From an uncultured virus (IMG/VR IMGVR_UViG_2061766007_000322) (Duplodnaviria > Heunggongvirae > Uroviricota > Caudoviricetes): a stretch of DNA of 64,000 bases. Below are positions 10,323 to 20,051 of this stretch, piece after piece (positions within the stretch are counted from its first letter, which is position 1; each line of letters begins with the position of its first letter). The notes below the pieces were generated by a model. That model was not told the DNA's origin, searched no databases, and worked only from the letters and a program-made list of their open reading frames with translations. Both the position numbers and the translations under genes were made by a program. The stretch is from IMG/VR virus record IMGVR_UViG_2061766007_000322. One strand, written 5' to 3'.

Positions 10323-11156
10323 ATGGGTAAAAAGAAAACAAATTGCTTCGGTAGTGTTTTTGAGACAATACTGAATGCTATGGTACGTGGTAATGGAACT
10401 ATGCTTGATTTTAGTAACGCTGTTAATAAAACCATTAATAGTTGTGTAATGGGTAAGCTTAGTCTGTTGCCGACAAGAGAAGATATTGTTATCGATAGTG
10501 AAGGATTTACAACAGAACTGAATCTGCATAAGATAAGTGCCCATTACGATGTCTATTCTGGTAAAAGGGTTTATAATGAAAGAGATATTACCGATATCAT
10601 AACGAGCAGTAGTACGATTGTAATTCCTATGAAGAAAAAAGACATGCGTGTAACAGATATATTGAGTACAAAAGATGGGCTTCTTGGATATTTGAATGCG
10701 GTATCCATTTGGAGTAGTGTTTGGAATAACAGTGTTGACAGTATAGATAATGCCTGGGAAAACCTCAATATGGGAGATAGAAGTAGCGACAGTAATGTTT
10801 TATATCTTCCAGGAGTGGTTATTCCTTTTGCAGACTATTATGGTCACATTCTCAAAGAAACAAAAATTGTTGATGTTATTATTGTTGCGTTACCCTCAAT
10901 TAAAAATGCTGCTGAAGGTATTGAAGAAATGAGTATTGTTGACTATAACAAGAAATGCATAAACGACGTTCTTGAATCCGCAATACATTTCAACAGCAAG
11001 AATATTGTAACAACTCCGGTATGGTGTAAACAAACAAACTGTACGGCTAATCAGGACTTATGGGGTTTTGCTTCACAAAGTAAAAGAGTAACAGATAATA
11101 TAAGGAAGATTGATTTAATTATACCAAAATCTGGTATTGATGTCAGATATTTCTAA
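10323..11156 (+). CDS. Divergent macrodomain protein resembling bacterial PARG/TIGR02452 (DUF2263), catalytic loop apparently degenerate
   Basis: VLYLPGVVIPFADYYGHILKETKIVDVIIVALP resembles the family IYSP.V.vfrd..g.ll..p..vdVIt.aAP segment; no GGG...QEE motif. Confidence 0.45.
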   Translation: MGKKKTNCFGSVFETILNAMVRGNGTMLDFSNAVNKTINSCVMGKLSLLPTREDIVIDSEGFTTELNLHKISAHYDVYSGKRVYNERDITDIITSSSTIVIPMKKKDMRVTDILSTKDGLLGYLNAVSIWSSVWNNSVDSIDNAWENLNMGDRSSDSNVLYLPGVVIPFADYYGHILKETKIVDVIIVALPSIKNAAEGIEEMSIVDYNKKCINDVLESAIHFNSKNIVTTPVWCKQTNCTANQDLWGFASQSKRVTDNIRKIDLIIPKSGIDVRYF

Positions 11157-11196
11157 CTTAAAAATTCATATAATATTAATTGTTGCTCCTTTTCAA

Positions 11197-11240
11197 AACG
11201 TGGATGATGTATAAAAGCATCATCCACGTTATTTTTTAAT
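11197..11240 (+). terminator. Intrinsic terminator
   Basis: AACGTGGATGATG/CATCATCCACGTT stem plus T run. Confidence 0.75.
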
Positions 11241-11277
11241 TTAAAACTAAATTTAATGTATTTTAGATATACTTATT

Positions 11278-11287
11278 TATATATTAT
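11278..11287 (+). promoter_or_regulatory. Early-type promoter motif TATATATTAT with no long downstream ORF
   Basis: Exact motif. Confidence 0.6.
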
Positions 11288-11359
11288 TCTGTTAGATAAG
11301 TCATTGGTGTATACCATTGATCTTATATAGAAACACCCATATGGAATGAGGTGATAAAT

Positions 11360-11401
11360 ATGGGTAGTGATATATTCACCGGTGATACAACACTTCTGTA
11401 A
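11360..11401 (+). CDS. Candidate 13-aa micro-peptide MGSDIFTGDTTLL (or part of a small RNA)
   Basis: GAGGTGA RBS at normal spacing; sits between a promoter motif and a terminator. Confidence 0.35.
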   Translation: MGSDIFTGDTTLL

Positions 11402-11429
11402 CATTACAGAAGTGTTGTATAAAAAAATT

Positions 11430-11470
11430 GACTGTGTTGCAAAATCAAATCGGCAACACAGTCTTTTTTA
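11430..11470. terminator. Terminator, probably bidirectional
   Basis: GACTGTGTTGC/GCAACACAGTC stem with flanking A and T runs. Confidence 0.7.
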
Positions 11471-11474
11471 TATT

Positions 11475-12197
11475 TTATGCAAAATACATTGGTGTCATAT
11501 CTAAATGATATGTATCAGACCACTTTTCAATTAAATCTTTTCGTTCGCTTTCAGCATTTTCCCATGTATCAATCTTTAAATCAATATTACCATACACTGT
11601 ACTGAGGTTAGTATAGTTTTTGAATATAGGATAAAGATTTTCTTTAACATCTAATAATGCAAGTTCATAAAAAGATGTTCTACATGTTTCAGGAATACTT
11701 GCTAAAGAAATATCATGTTGAAAACCAAGTTCAAATACAAGTTTCGATTCCGAATACTGATTATGTATACGAACCCTTCTTGGATGAATATATTCAAAAG
11801 TTAATTTAGGCATAACCAATGAATACATATGTGATGCAGCATTACTTAAAAGAATTTGATGTAACATATTACTTCCAATCATGGGAAGAGCGCCACCATA
11901 ATGACCAAATCCAGATAATGACGAATCATCATAATAAACATTAAATACATACAGTAATGTTTTATTATTAAACTCTGGTAAGAGGTATTCATCATATGAA
12001 TTTGTGTGTTCAAGGCGTTCCAGATCCTTTAAATCTAATCGGACTTTTAATTTATCAGGATAAAAAACTGAAAAATCTGGAATTGTTATATCTTTAATAA
12101 TGGTATAAATCATTCCATCAAGATTCCTTACTGGAGCTGCTATATTCATAATACCAAGCTTTAACTTTATTCGTGTTACGATTTGGGATAAATTCAT
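11475..12197 (-). CDS. Probable virion structural protein (neck/head-completion-like, 240 aa)
   Basis: GAGGTGA RBS; late operon context; 'IVTRIKLKLG' N-terminus recalls myovirus neck proteins. Confidence 0.45.
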   Translation of the reverse strand: MNLSQIVTRIKLKLGIMNIAAPVRNLDGMIYTIIKDITIPDFSVFYPDKLKVRLDLKDLERLEHTNSYDEYLLPEFNNKTLLYVFNVYYDDSSLSGFGHYGGALPMIGSNMLHQILLSNAASHMYSLVMPKLTFEYIHPRRVRIHNQYSESKLVFELGFQHDISLASIPETCRTSFYELALLDVKENLYPIFKNYTNLSTVYGNIDLKIDTWENAESERKDLIEKWSDTYHLDMTPMYFA

Positions 12198-12203
12198 TTA
12201 GTA

Positions 12204-13880
12204 TCACCTCTTTACAGAAGATAATAACTTTTGAGCTTCACCAGTCTTATTATCAATAGCATCACTAAAGTATCTTCCACCAAGAATACTTTTAGTCTTG
12301 TGCCAATCGGTTTTCGTTTTAAATATATTCATAGGTACAACAAGTGAAATACTATTTGGTTTAAACTGATTCTTGACATCTGTAAGCTTATATTTTTTAT
12401 TTAAGTCAATATTTCTTATAGTATAAACAGTAACTGATGTTGACCCATTGAATCCTTTAACAGAAGCAATTTTCTTAGCTAAATCTGATTTAATTTCATC
12501 GGTGATTTCTGTTTCATTCTTAGCATAATCTTCTATAAGATAATCATCATTCTTATAAAATCTTTCAAAATCAACAGAACCTGCTTTAGAAATTTTAATT
12601 TCAGGGATTACAGATTTCTTAAACTTATCAAATACACCTTCAGTTGTAACAGATTCTTCTTTAGTTTCTGTATTACCAGATGATTTAGTAAGTTCTTTAC
12701 TTGCATCAGAAACTAATTTAGTTAAAGATTCAAATGCATTTTCTGGTGATTTAGAATCTTTTTCAATATCAGCATCAACAGATTCTCTTAACGCATGAAC
12801 ATTGGCTGTATAATTTTTATCAGGAGCAACATCCCATTTATCTTTATGATATTTATTCATCTGGGCGTTTGCTCGTCCTTCAGGAGTATACCAGAATATG
12901 CTGCAAATTTTATTAAATAACTTTTTAAGAAATTTATTATGATGCGTTACTTTATCTACGGTTAAATCCATATCAATTTTCATTTTTGTAGTATTTATTT
13001 TATAGATTCTATCATACGCAGACTCGATATTATCTCTTTCAATCTTAAATTCAGAAGCAGTCTTCTGTTTTCTAATATATGCTGCAGCATTATTATCAAA
13101 TGCTGTTTTAAATGTATCTCTATAGTGCTTTAAATCAGCTTCTGATTTTGATTCGATTTCTTTATATGCAGAGTTAACTCGCCCAATATCAAAACATAAT
13201 TTAGCAGCTGCGGCAATTGTTAATGTAATAGCACCAATTTTAATAACGTTTTTTATATTATCTTCATATTTCTTTTTTATTTTTTCACAGTCGTCGACGG
13301 ATTTTGCATTTTTTATTTCTTGTCTTGCTTGATCATTATAATTATTTATTTTATAAATATCAGGAAGTTCTATACTGGTATTTGCAAATGATTTATTTGT
13401 ACTTAAAGCATGTTTGATGTCTTGTTCAAGTTTTTTATTTTCTGATTTAGTAAAGAACTCTTTAATCTTTGTTAAACAAGTAAAAATAAATGTACGAATT
13501 TTTTCTATACATTCTTCGAAAAGTTCAACAACTTTACTTAAAGCACCCTCAGTATATACTAATTCATTTTCAAGAACTGGATTATTTTCCATAAGAAGTT
13601 TATCTTTTGCTTTTAAAATAAGTTCTTCCCTTTGTTCAAAAGTAATCTTACCGTTTTTCCAATCAGTATATAAACGGTTTTTAATATCATCAAATTTTTC
13701 TTTACGTTCTTTCATACCCATAGACGGTTCTTTAGTAGACTCCATAAAAGATGAAATATCTATTTCACTATTTACTTTAGTAATTAAAAGTTCTCTTTGA
13801 TTAATAGAAATTTCACCATTAGAACATCTATTATAAAATTCATCTACGAGTCTATCTCGTTCAACTTTAGTTAAACTCAT
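12204..13880 (-). CDS. Putative internal head protein, paralogous family, with two N-terminal helical repeats
   Basis: AAAGGTGG RBS supports ATG 13880; FMES/YTEG/LRES/TTEG motifs; NGEISINQRELLI and NGKITFEQREELI repeats. Confidence 0.55.
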   Translation of the reverse strand: MSLTKVERDRLVDEFYNRCSNGEISINQRELLITKVNSEIDISSFMESTKEPSMGMKERKEKFDDIKNRLYTDWKNGKITFEQREELILKAKDKLLMENNPVLENELVYTEGALSKVVELFEECIEKIRTFIFTCLTKIKEFFTKSENKKLEQDIKHALSTNKSFANTSIELPDIYKINNYNDQARQEIKNAKSVDDCEKIKKKYEDNIKNVIKIGAITLTIAAAAKLCFDIGRVNSAYKEIESKSEADLKHYRDTFKTAFDNNAAAYIRKQKTASEFKIERDNIESAYDRIYKINTTKMKIDMDLTVDKVTHHNKFLKKLFNKICSIFWYTPEGRANAQMNKYHKDKWDVAPDKNYTANVHALRESVDADIEKDSKSPENAFESLTKLVSDASKELTKSSGNTETKEESVTTEGVFDKFKKSVIPEIKISKAGSVDFERFYKNDDYLIEDYAKNETEITDEIKSDLAKKIASVKGFNGSTSVTVYTIRNIDLNKKYKLTDVKNQFKPNSISLVVPMNIFKTKTDWHKTKSILGGRYFSDAIDNKTGEAQKLLSSVKR

Positions 13881-13913
13881 AAGACTACCACCTTTCTTAT
13901 TAATTTTAAGCTT

Positions 13914-13925
13914 TAACTCAATGTT
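13914..13925 (-). promoter_or_regulatory. Late-type promoter AACA-N6-TA
   Basis: AACATTGAGTTA. Confidence 0.6.
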
Positions 13926-13979
13926 TTTAGATAAAGAAATGAGTGTCATAATAATTTATGACACTCATTTCAATTATTA

Positions 13980-14813
13980 TTATATAATACGTATACGAGA
14001 ATTTTTCATTCCAAGTTCTCCAATGTTATATGCTCTTTCAACATTATATCTGAATGATGAAATTTCAAGCTTAACATCTCTAAGTTGGTAGCTCAGCAGT
14101 CTTCGTACATAATTTAAGTAATTTGTATACATTCTCTTCTTTTCCGTATCAGATTCATCAATTTTTTTAATTTCAGAATTTATACCATTGATTAAATTTG
14201 TATTTGTTTTTCTTAAAAAAGGTAATACATAATTTTTATAATTATCTATAGTTACGCATTTTAAAAAATCAGAAATTGTATACTGTTTAATAGATTCACC
14301 AGAATCAATCAATTTTTTACGAGCCTCTTCATATTTTTTAAAAATATCCGCAGAGTGTTCTTTATCACGTTCCATCTTCATGAGATAATCTTCTACTAAA
14401 TCAAAAAGTTCACTTGAGTCTATTGATGTAAACATTTTATTCGCATAAGGAGAAGTCATTCCAAAAGTATCCGCCTGATAGGATGTTTTAAGTCCGGTTT
14501 TGTTTACTATATCATTTATTCTTTTAATATTCAATACAATTGTTTTATCAGTAAAAAACTCTGTAAAATAAGACTGAGCTTTATTTATAATATCGCTGAT
14601 AAAGTCGATAACTGAGTCAACAAATTTCCTAAACTTACTTGGACCCTTACTCATTTCTTTTTCAGTTGTAGAAGGAGCACAACCTGTATTATTTGTTGAT
14701 TCATCTGATTCAGTGATTAAGTAAATGAGAACATCTTTATACATTTTATCAAACTGAATCTCAGATTCAAGTGACTCAATAGTAATTTCCGATTCAACCA
14801 TTAAATCAAACAT
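13980..14813 (-). CDS. Putative internal head protein, paralogous family
   Basis: MVES/ITES motifs then 'KFRKFVDSVIDFISDII' helix; late-type promoter at 14854-14865. Confidence 0.55.
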   Translation of the reverse strand: MFDLMVESEITIESLESEIQFDKMYKDVLIYLITESDESTNNTGCAPSTTEKEMSKGPSKFRKFVDSVIDFISDIINKAQSYFTEFFTDKTIVLNIKRINDIVNKTGLKTSYQADTFGMTSPYANKMFTSIDSSELFDLVEDYLMKMERDKEHSADIFKKYEEARKKLIDSGESIKQYTISDFLKCVTIDNYKNYVLPFLRKTNTNLINGINSEIKKIDESDTEKKRMYTNYLNYVRRLLSYQLRDVKLEISSFRYNVERAYNIGELGMKNSRIRII

Positions 14814-14870
14814 TTATATTCCGCCTTTCATTTTTATTTCAAAATAAATGCTTTATTTTTATGTTTTATA

Positions 14871-14900
14871 TGGAGATATGTAGCTATCCACATATCTCCA
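14871..14900 (-). terminator. Terminator-like hairpin
   Basis: TGGAGATATGT/ACATATCTCCA stem. Confidence 0.65.
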
Positions 14901-15145
14901 TTTTATTAAAATATATTTAATTCTTTACATCTTTTGTAAATAAGATTAGCTATAACACTATTTGTGCCATCAGTATATCCTGGTATTTTTGTAGTTATAG
15001 TTTCATTATTATAAAGAGTATATTCAATATCTTTTATTGTAAAAAGTGGATGTGGAACTATACCACGTTCAATTTCTTCTTTTACAGTAAATTCGTTTGA
15101 ATCACTCTTGTTATAATAATTGGTTAAACTATTAATACCATTAAC

Positions 15146-16222
15146 TTATGAATTGGTTAAACTATCTCTAATAATATCATCAACTTGCGACTTTGTATAA
15201 TAATTGGTTGAAATATCTTTAGCTAAAATATTTCTAATCATATGGACAATTTGTGTATTTGTGCAATAATAATTTGATAAAATGTCCGATAAATTTTCAC
15301 TTATATCAACATTTTCGAAATATTCTATATTCATAAAAATATTACCACCAATAAGTTTTTTTCCATTATTAAAATGAGAAATTACAAACTTTAAATAATA
15401 CTCATTAGATTCAAAACTTACTGTAATACTGCTTAAATCAATATAATAATAATAATAACTGGAATCTTCATAGAAATATGTATCTACTATATCTGACACA
15501 TTACTGTAATTAATATAACCATCAGTTATTACAAAAGGAATTGACTCATTATGGTTAATAATAGTATTTAAATATTCTGATGAATACATGTTTCCAGACT
15601 TGGGTATACATATTCTCATGCCTATATCTTTATTTATATTTTCTGTTATATTTATATACATATTTAAACGTGTTTCAATATTATTATCAAAAATATCATT
15701 TCCATCAATTTTATCTGGAAAAGTATAATCCAAAAAATTAAGAGTATAAGGATCATCCGTAATACGTGGTGGTTCAACATAAGCGACAGAATGGTCAATT
15801 TCATTAGTAAAACCATTATCTGTAAGTTCATATTCAAAATACCCTATACACGACCATTCATATGATCTGCACATCCTCCATATAGTGCCAGTTTTTATAA
15901 AATCACTATCTTCAATAGCCGTTATTCTATCATTAAGTGTTTTAACTACACGAGCATCAACAATTTTACCAGGTTCTGTTATATTCATACTTGTTGTAAT
16001 AACATCTGTGTCAAAATCAGTTGCATTTATTTTAGATTTAAGGGCAAGTGAACCCATTTTATTCACAATATGTTGGAGATTTGCAACATCACTTGGAATT
16101 ACAGATGAATTGGAACCTCTATCTATAAGAACCTTATCTCCAGATGTTTCTGGGTAAACAGTTTGGACATCGCCATTTTTATTGACAATATTCATTTTCC
16201 CTTTTACAATACTATTTGCCAT
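15146..16222 (-). CDS. Tail-fibre-like protein; frame continues 79 codons past the TAA to 14906
   Basis: YPETSGDKV and DARVVKTLNDRI motifs typical of Firmicute phage fibre stalks; NYYTKSQVD motif; late-type promoter at 16268-16279. Confidence 0.5.
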   Translation of the reverse strand: MANSIVKGKMNIVNKNGDVQTVYPETSGDKVLIDRGSNSSVIPSDVANLQHIVNKMGSLALKSKINATDFDTDVITTSMNITEPGKIVDARVVKTLNDRITAIEDSDFIKTGTIWRMCRSYEWSCIGYFEYELTDNGFTNEIDHSVAYVEPPRITDDPYTLNFLDYTFPDKIDGNDIFDNNIETRLNMYINITENINKDIGMRICIPKSGNMYSSEYLNTIINHNESIPFVITDGYINYSNVSDIVDTYFYEDSSYYYYYIDLSSITVSFESNEYYLKFVISHFNNGKKLIGGNIFMNIEYFENVDISENLSDILSNYYCTNTQIVHMIRNILAKDISTNYYTKSQVDDIIRDSLTNS

Positions 16223-16265
16223 AAATAAAAACCTACCTTTCTTTAATAATTTTTATTATTAAATA
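15895..16265 (-). repeat. Direct repeat copy 1 (about 370 bp), partner at 20222-20592
   Basis: Near-identical sequence at offset 4327, covering RBS and the first ~108 codons. Confidence 0.9.
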
Positions 16266-16338
16266 TTTAACTTAGTGTTTTTTACAAGGATTTTCTTTTA
16301 ATTAAAATTATAATAATATGCTTAATTTTTAATTTCTT

Positions 16339-16348
16339 TATATATTAT
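16339..16348 (+). promoter_or_regulatory. Early-type promoter motif upstream of RNAP beta'
   Basis: TATATATTAT. Confidence 0.65.
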
Positions 16349-16444
16349 TATTTTGGTGTTTGAGAAATTATGTTGCTAAAGACAGCAATATAACTCTAAA
16401 ATATTTTTAGCACTATAAAATATAAGAAAGGAAGAAAAATTTTT

Positions 16445-19400
16445 ATGGGTAAGCAACGCGTAAGAATTGTCCGTCTTGATTGGGACATCGAATACTATGT
16501 CGATATTCAAACAGGTAATGGTTTTACTATTATTGAACCATCCGGCGTTTCAATTGACGGTGTAAAGAAAAAATCTATGTATGGTTCATTGTCACCACTT
16601 TACGGTACTTCATATGATGATGAACAAGCATTCATTGAAAGGTATAGATGTGAATGCGGAACTTTAATGGGTAGAATGTTTGAAGGAGAAACCTGCCCTA
16701 ACTGTAAAACAGTTGTTGAATACAAAGACATGAACATCAATATGACTGGATGGATTTCTCTTGGAGAAAACAGAATAATATCTCCGTACTACTATGAGCT
16801 TCTTCAGTCAATTATTGGTAAAAAAGTTTTTGCCGAAATCGTTTTAAGTAAGACAAAGATTACAACCGATGGTCAGAAGTCAAATATTACACCAAACGAT
16901 ATTGACAAACCACCTGAGAGCCCGTATTCATTTATTGGAATCGACCAGTTCTACGAAAGATATGATGAGGTTCTCGAATACTTTAAGAATAAGAAAAAGA
17001 ATAAAATGAAGCAAATAGATACTCTGTTAAGAGAGAAGAAAAAAGTATTTGTTTCACACATTCCAATCTATTCAACTATGCTTAGACCACAGAGTATTAC
17101 ATCAGACACATATTATTATTCAGGTATAGATAAAGATATAAATACTCTTTATAATTTGTCTGAGCAAATTAAGACTTGTGAAGATATGGAAAGAGACTGT
17201 ATTCTTTCACGTATTCAGGAAAGAGTAAATAATATTTGGAACATTAACTATGGAATTATTTCAGGTAAAGAAGGTCTTATTCGTGACCAACTTCTTGGTG
17301 GTAATATAAATTACTCATCAAGAAATGTAATTATTCCAGATCCGACTCTTCACGATAATGAAGTAGATGTTTCTTATAACACTTTTCTTGAACTTTACAA
17401 GTTCACAATTATCAATGAGATAATGAGAGAAGAAGACATATCGCTTCATAAAGCATATGAAATTTGGAAACATGCAAGAATCTTTAATGAGAAAGTATAT
17501 CTTATAATGATGAATATTATTAATGAAAAACAACCGAAACTTCTCATTAATAGAAATCCGACTCTTAACTACTATTCTATGCTGCTTATGTCACCAAGAT
17601 GTGTAAAGAAATGTGATGATGACTATACGTTATCAGTACCACTTTCAATACTCCCTGGTCTTAATGCAGACTTTGATGGTGACATTCTGAATATAATTGG
17701 ATTTATGGATGATTCTCTTGCATTTATGTTCCGTGGATATAGCCCCGTTGAAAAAATGATTATTTCTCGTGATACAGGATATATTAACGAATATTTCAGT
17801 ATTACAAAAGGACAACTTATAGACCTTTATGCATTTGCATCTTATGAAGGCGATGACGATTGTAATACTCCTGAGACATTCCCAGAAACTCCTACAGAAC
17901 AAATCTCACGATTTAATCTGTTACACGATGTTCCTTATATATATAATGAAAAGGAATTAAGACAATGGCTTCGTCCTATGTATATCATTGAAGATTATAT
18001 AGCTGATGAAGACACATATGAAGATTTCCGTATCCGCTTATATAATATTCTTCAGGGATGCTTTACAATAAAAGCTTGCAGAAATACACCTATAAGATTT
18101 AAGTTTACGAAAACGAGTTCAGAAACGTACACTATTCCATTAAGAATGTTTATTATAAACACGATACTGTGGTACCCATTCTGTAAACTTAATGATATAG
18201 ATTTTATTGATGAAAGATTTGTTATGTCTGATTATAATAATATTCCGAATATAGAAGATTATATCAATAAAAATCTTATTAAGATTCTCAGAGATAATCA
18301 TGTTCATCCAAGTGTAACAAACGTTGCTATTTCTGAAGTTCTCTATAATCTCAGAAAAATCTCTGAAGATTATAGTATAATTATGGGTTTGGATTTTTCA
18401 ATTCCAATGTTTATAGAGCTGTATGAGAAAGACCCTGAAATAAGAGAAATTATGGAATGTACTTTCCCAGAAACAGCACAACCACACGAAATTGAGCAAC
18501 GTCTTGCTGAATATGAAAAGCGATTTATTAGTATTATCGAAAAAGAACCAAATAACCCGTTGGCTGTTGCACTTAGAGCTCATACTGGTATTAAGCACAA
18601 GCAGCTTGCAGAATTTGCTATCTCTGAAGGACTGAAACCTGACCTGAATGGTCAGACAATTCCTATCCCGATTCAGAATAGTACTCTTATTAAAGGTACA
18701 GATAAACCATCTACTCAATATATTGATGGTACTGCAGCTCGTAAATCTCTTGTTATGAATAAGAAAGTTATGGGTAATGCTGGACACTTTGGTAAGAAAA
18801 CTCTTATGGCTACAAGAACGCTTCACATGTCACAGGAAATTACAGATTGTGGCTCAAAACATCTTGTTGCATATGATATTAAGACTAAAAGTCATCTTAA
18901 GAAACTTGCAGGTAAGTGGTATAAAATCAATCCATCTGATGATGATTATGAACTTCTTACAACATATGATACAGATTTAATTGGTTCTACTATTTATGTA
19001 AGAAGTGCTGTCACATGTGCTCTTCATGATCCAAATTGCGTTTGTGCAAGATGTGTTGGTGAAACAGCAAGTACAAATGCAGATATTGCTGATGGTATCG
19101 GTGCATTTGAGAGTGAAGAAATCACAAAAGTTGTTAATCAAAATATCCTTTCTGCAAAACATCTTCTTACAACAAATTCAGAAGAAATCCGATTCAATGA
19201 TGTTTTCTACAAATTCTTCAATATTATGGGTGGAGAAATATCACCTAAAGTAGATAATAATATGGATATACCAAATATTGAAGACTACGCAATAGTTATA
19301 AATCCTGAAGATATATCTAAAATTGAAGAGTTTGATGAGGATAGTTTGTATAACAACGTAATTGATAACGGGATATTCTATATCAGAAATCTTGCAGATC

Positions 19401-20002
19401 CCGATGAAGATGATATAGCTATTCAAATTGAAGGAGAGAAAGAAATCTATATTTATAAAGATACTACTGAACTCCTTAAAGATGGTAACTATATGATTAA
19501 GTTCAGTGACCTTGATGATTCTATCAATCTGTTTGAAGTTATAATTTATAATAATGAACTTACAAAGCCTCTTTATAGTCTTATGCATCTTATAGATAAA
19601 AAGGCAGACGATGGTCTTGAAGAAACGATTGATACTATGTGTAATAAAATGCTTGATCTTATAATAGAAGCAAAAATAGCTGCATCCGCAATTGCATGTG
19701 AACTTATAATCAATCGTCTTATTCGTTCAAGAAGAGATATATTTATTCGTCCAGATTTCTCTAAAGACGAACTTGAACCATATCAGATTATTACAATTCG
19801 TAAATCTTTGGAAAAGAATAGGAGTCCTCTTATGGGTCTTGCATTCCAGGATATCAAACGTCAATTATTGTCAGACGAGTTATTTGATGAGAGAGACGAC
19901 ACAAGTTATATTGATCCGTTCTTTAATCCTATCGTTGATGCAAAAAATATCAAGAGATACAGAGAATTTATGAAAGAATTAAGGTCAAGAAACAAAAAGT
20001 AA
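16445..20002 (+). CDS. Phage multisubunit RNA polymerase beta'-like subunit, full length (N and C halves in one ORF), probably the non-virion RNAP
   Basis: N-terminal Zn finger (CECG...CPNC); NRNPTL; catalytic NADFDGD at 17663-17683; bridge-helix-like ARKSLVMNKKVMGNAGH; RSAVTC...CARCVG Zn site; trigger-loop-like NQNILSAKH. Confidence 0.93.
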   Translation: MGKQRVRIVRLDWDIEYYVDIQTGNGFTIIEPSGVSIDGVKKKSMYGSLSPLYGTSYDDEQAFIERYRCECGTLMGRMFEGETCPNCKTVVEYKDMNINMTGWISLGENRIISPYYYELLQSIIGKKVFAEIVLSKTKITTDGQKSNITPNDIDKPPESPYSFIGIDQFYERYDEVLEYFKNKKKNKMKQIDTLLREKKKVFVSHIPIYSTMLRPQSITSDTYYYSGIDKDINTLYNLSEQIKTCEDMERDCILSRIQERVNNIWNINYGIISGKEGLIRDQLLGGNINYSSRNVIIPDPTLHDNEVDVSYNTFLELYKFTIINEIMREEDISLHKAYEIWKHARIFNEKVYLIMMNIINEKQPKLLINRNPTLNYYSMLLMSPRCVKKCDDDYTLSVPLSILPGLNADFDGDILNIIGFMDDSLAFMFRGYSPVEKMIISRDTGYINEYFSITKGQLIDLYAFASYEGDDDCNTPETFPETPTEQISRFNLLHDVPYIYNEKELRQWLRPMYIIEDYIADEDTYEDFRIRLYNILQGCFTIKACRNTPIRFKFTKTSSETYTIPLRMFIINTILWYPFCKLNDIDFIDERFVMSDYNNIPNIEDYINKNLIKILRDNHVHPSVTNVAISEVLYNLRKISEDYSIIMGLDFSIPMFIELYEKDPEIREIMECTFPETAQPHEIEQRLAEYEKRFISIIEKEPNNPLAVALRAHTGIKHKQLAEFAISEGLKPDLNGQTIPIPIQNSTLIKGTDKPSTQYIDGTAARKSLVMNKKVMGNAGHFGKKTLMATRTLHMSQEITDCGSKHLVAYDIKTKSHLKKLAGKWYKINPSDDDYELLTTYDTDLIGSTIYVRSAVTCALHDPNCVCARCVGETASTNADIADGIGAFESEEITKVVNQNILSAKHLLTTNSEEIRFNDVFYKFFNIMGGEISPKVDNNMDIPNIEDYAIVINPEDISKIEEFDEDSLYNNVIDNGIFYIRNLADPDEDDIAIQIEGEKEIYIYKDTTELLKDGNYMIKFSDLDDSINLFEVIIYNNELTKPLYSLMHLIDKKADDGLEETIDTMCNKMLDLIIEAKIAASAIACELIINRLIRSRRDIFIRPDFSKDELEPYQIITIRKSLEKNRSPLMGLAFQDIKRQLLSDELFDERDDTSYIDPFFNPIVDAKNIKRYREFMKELRSRNKK

Positions 20003-20010
20003 AAAAAATC

Positions 20011-20050
20011 GTGTGGAAGCGAATAAAAATTCGCTTCCACACTTTTTTAT
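20011..20050. terminator. Bidirectional terminator
   Basis: GTGTGGAAGCGAAT/ATTCGCTTCCACAC stem between convergent genes. Confidence 0.8.
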
Positions 20051-20051
20051 A

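Noticed and set aside
16445..20002. Group I introns or inteins in RNAP or polymerase genes, as in AR9
   Set aside because: ORFs are continuous and no intein or homing-endonuclease motifs were recognised
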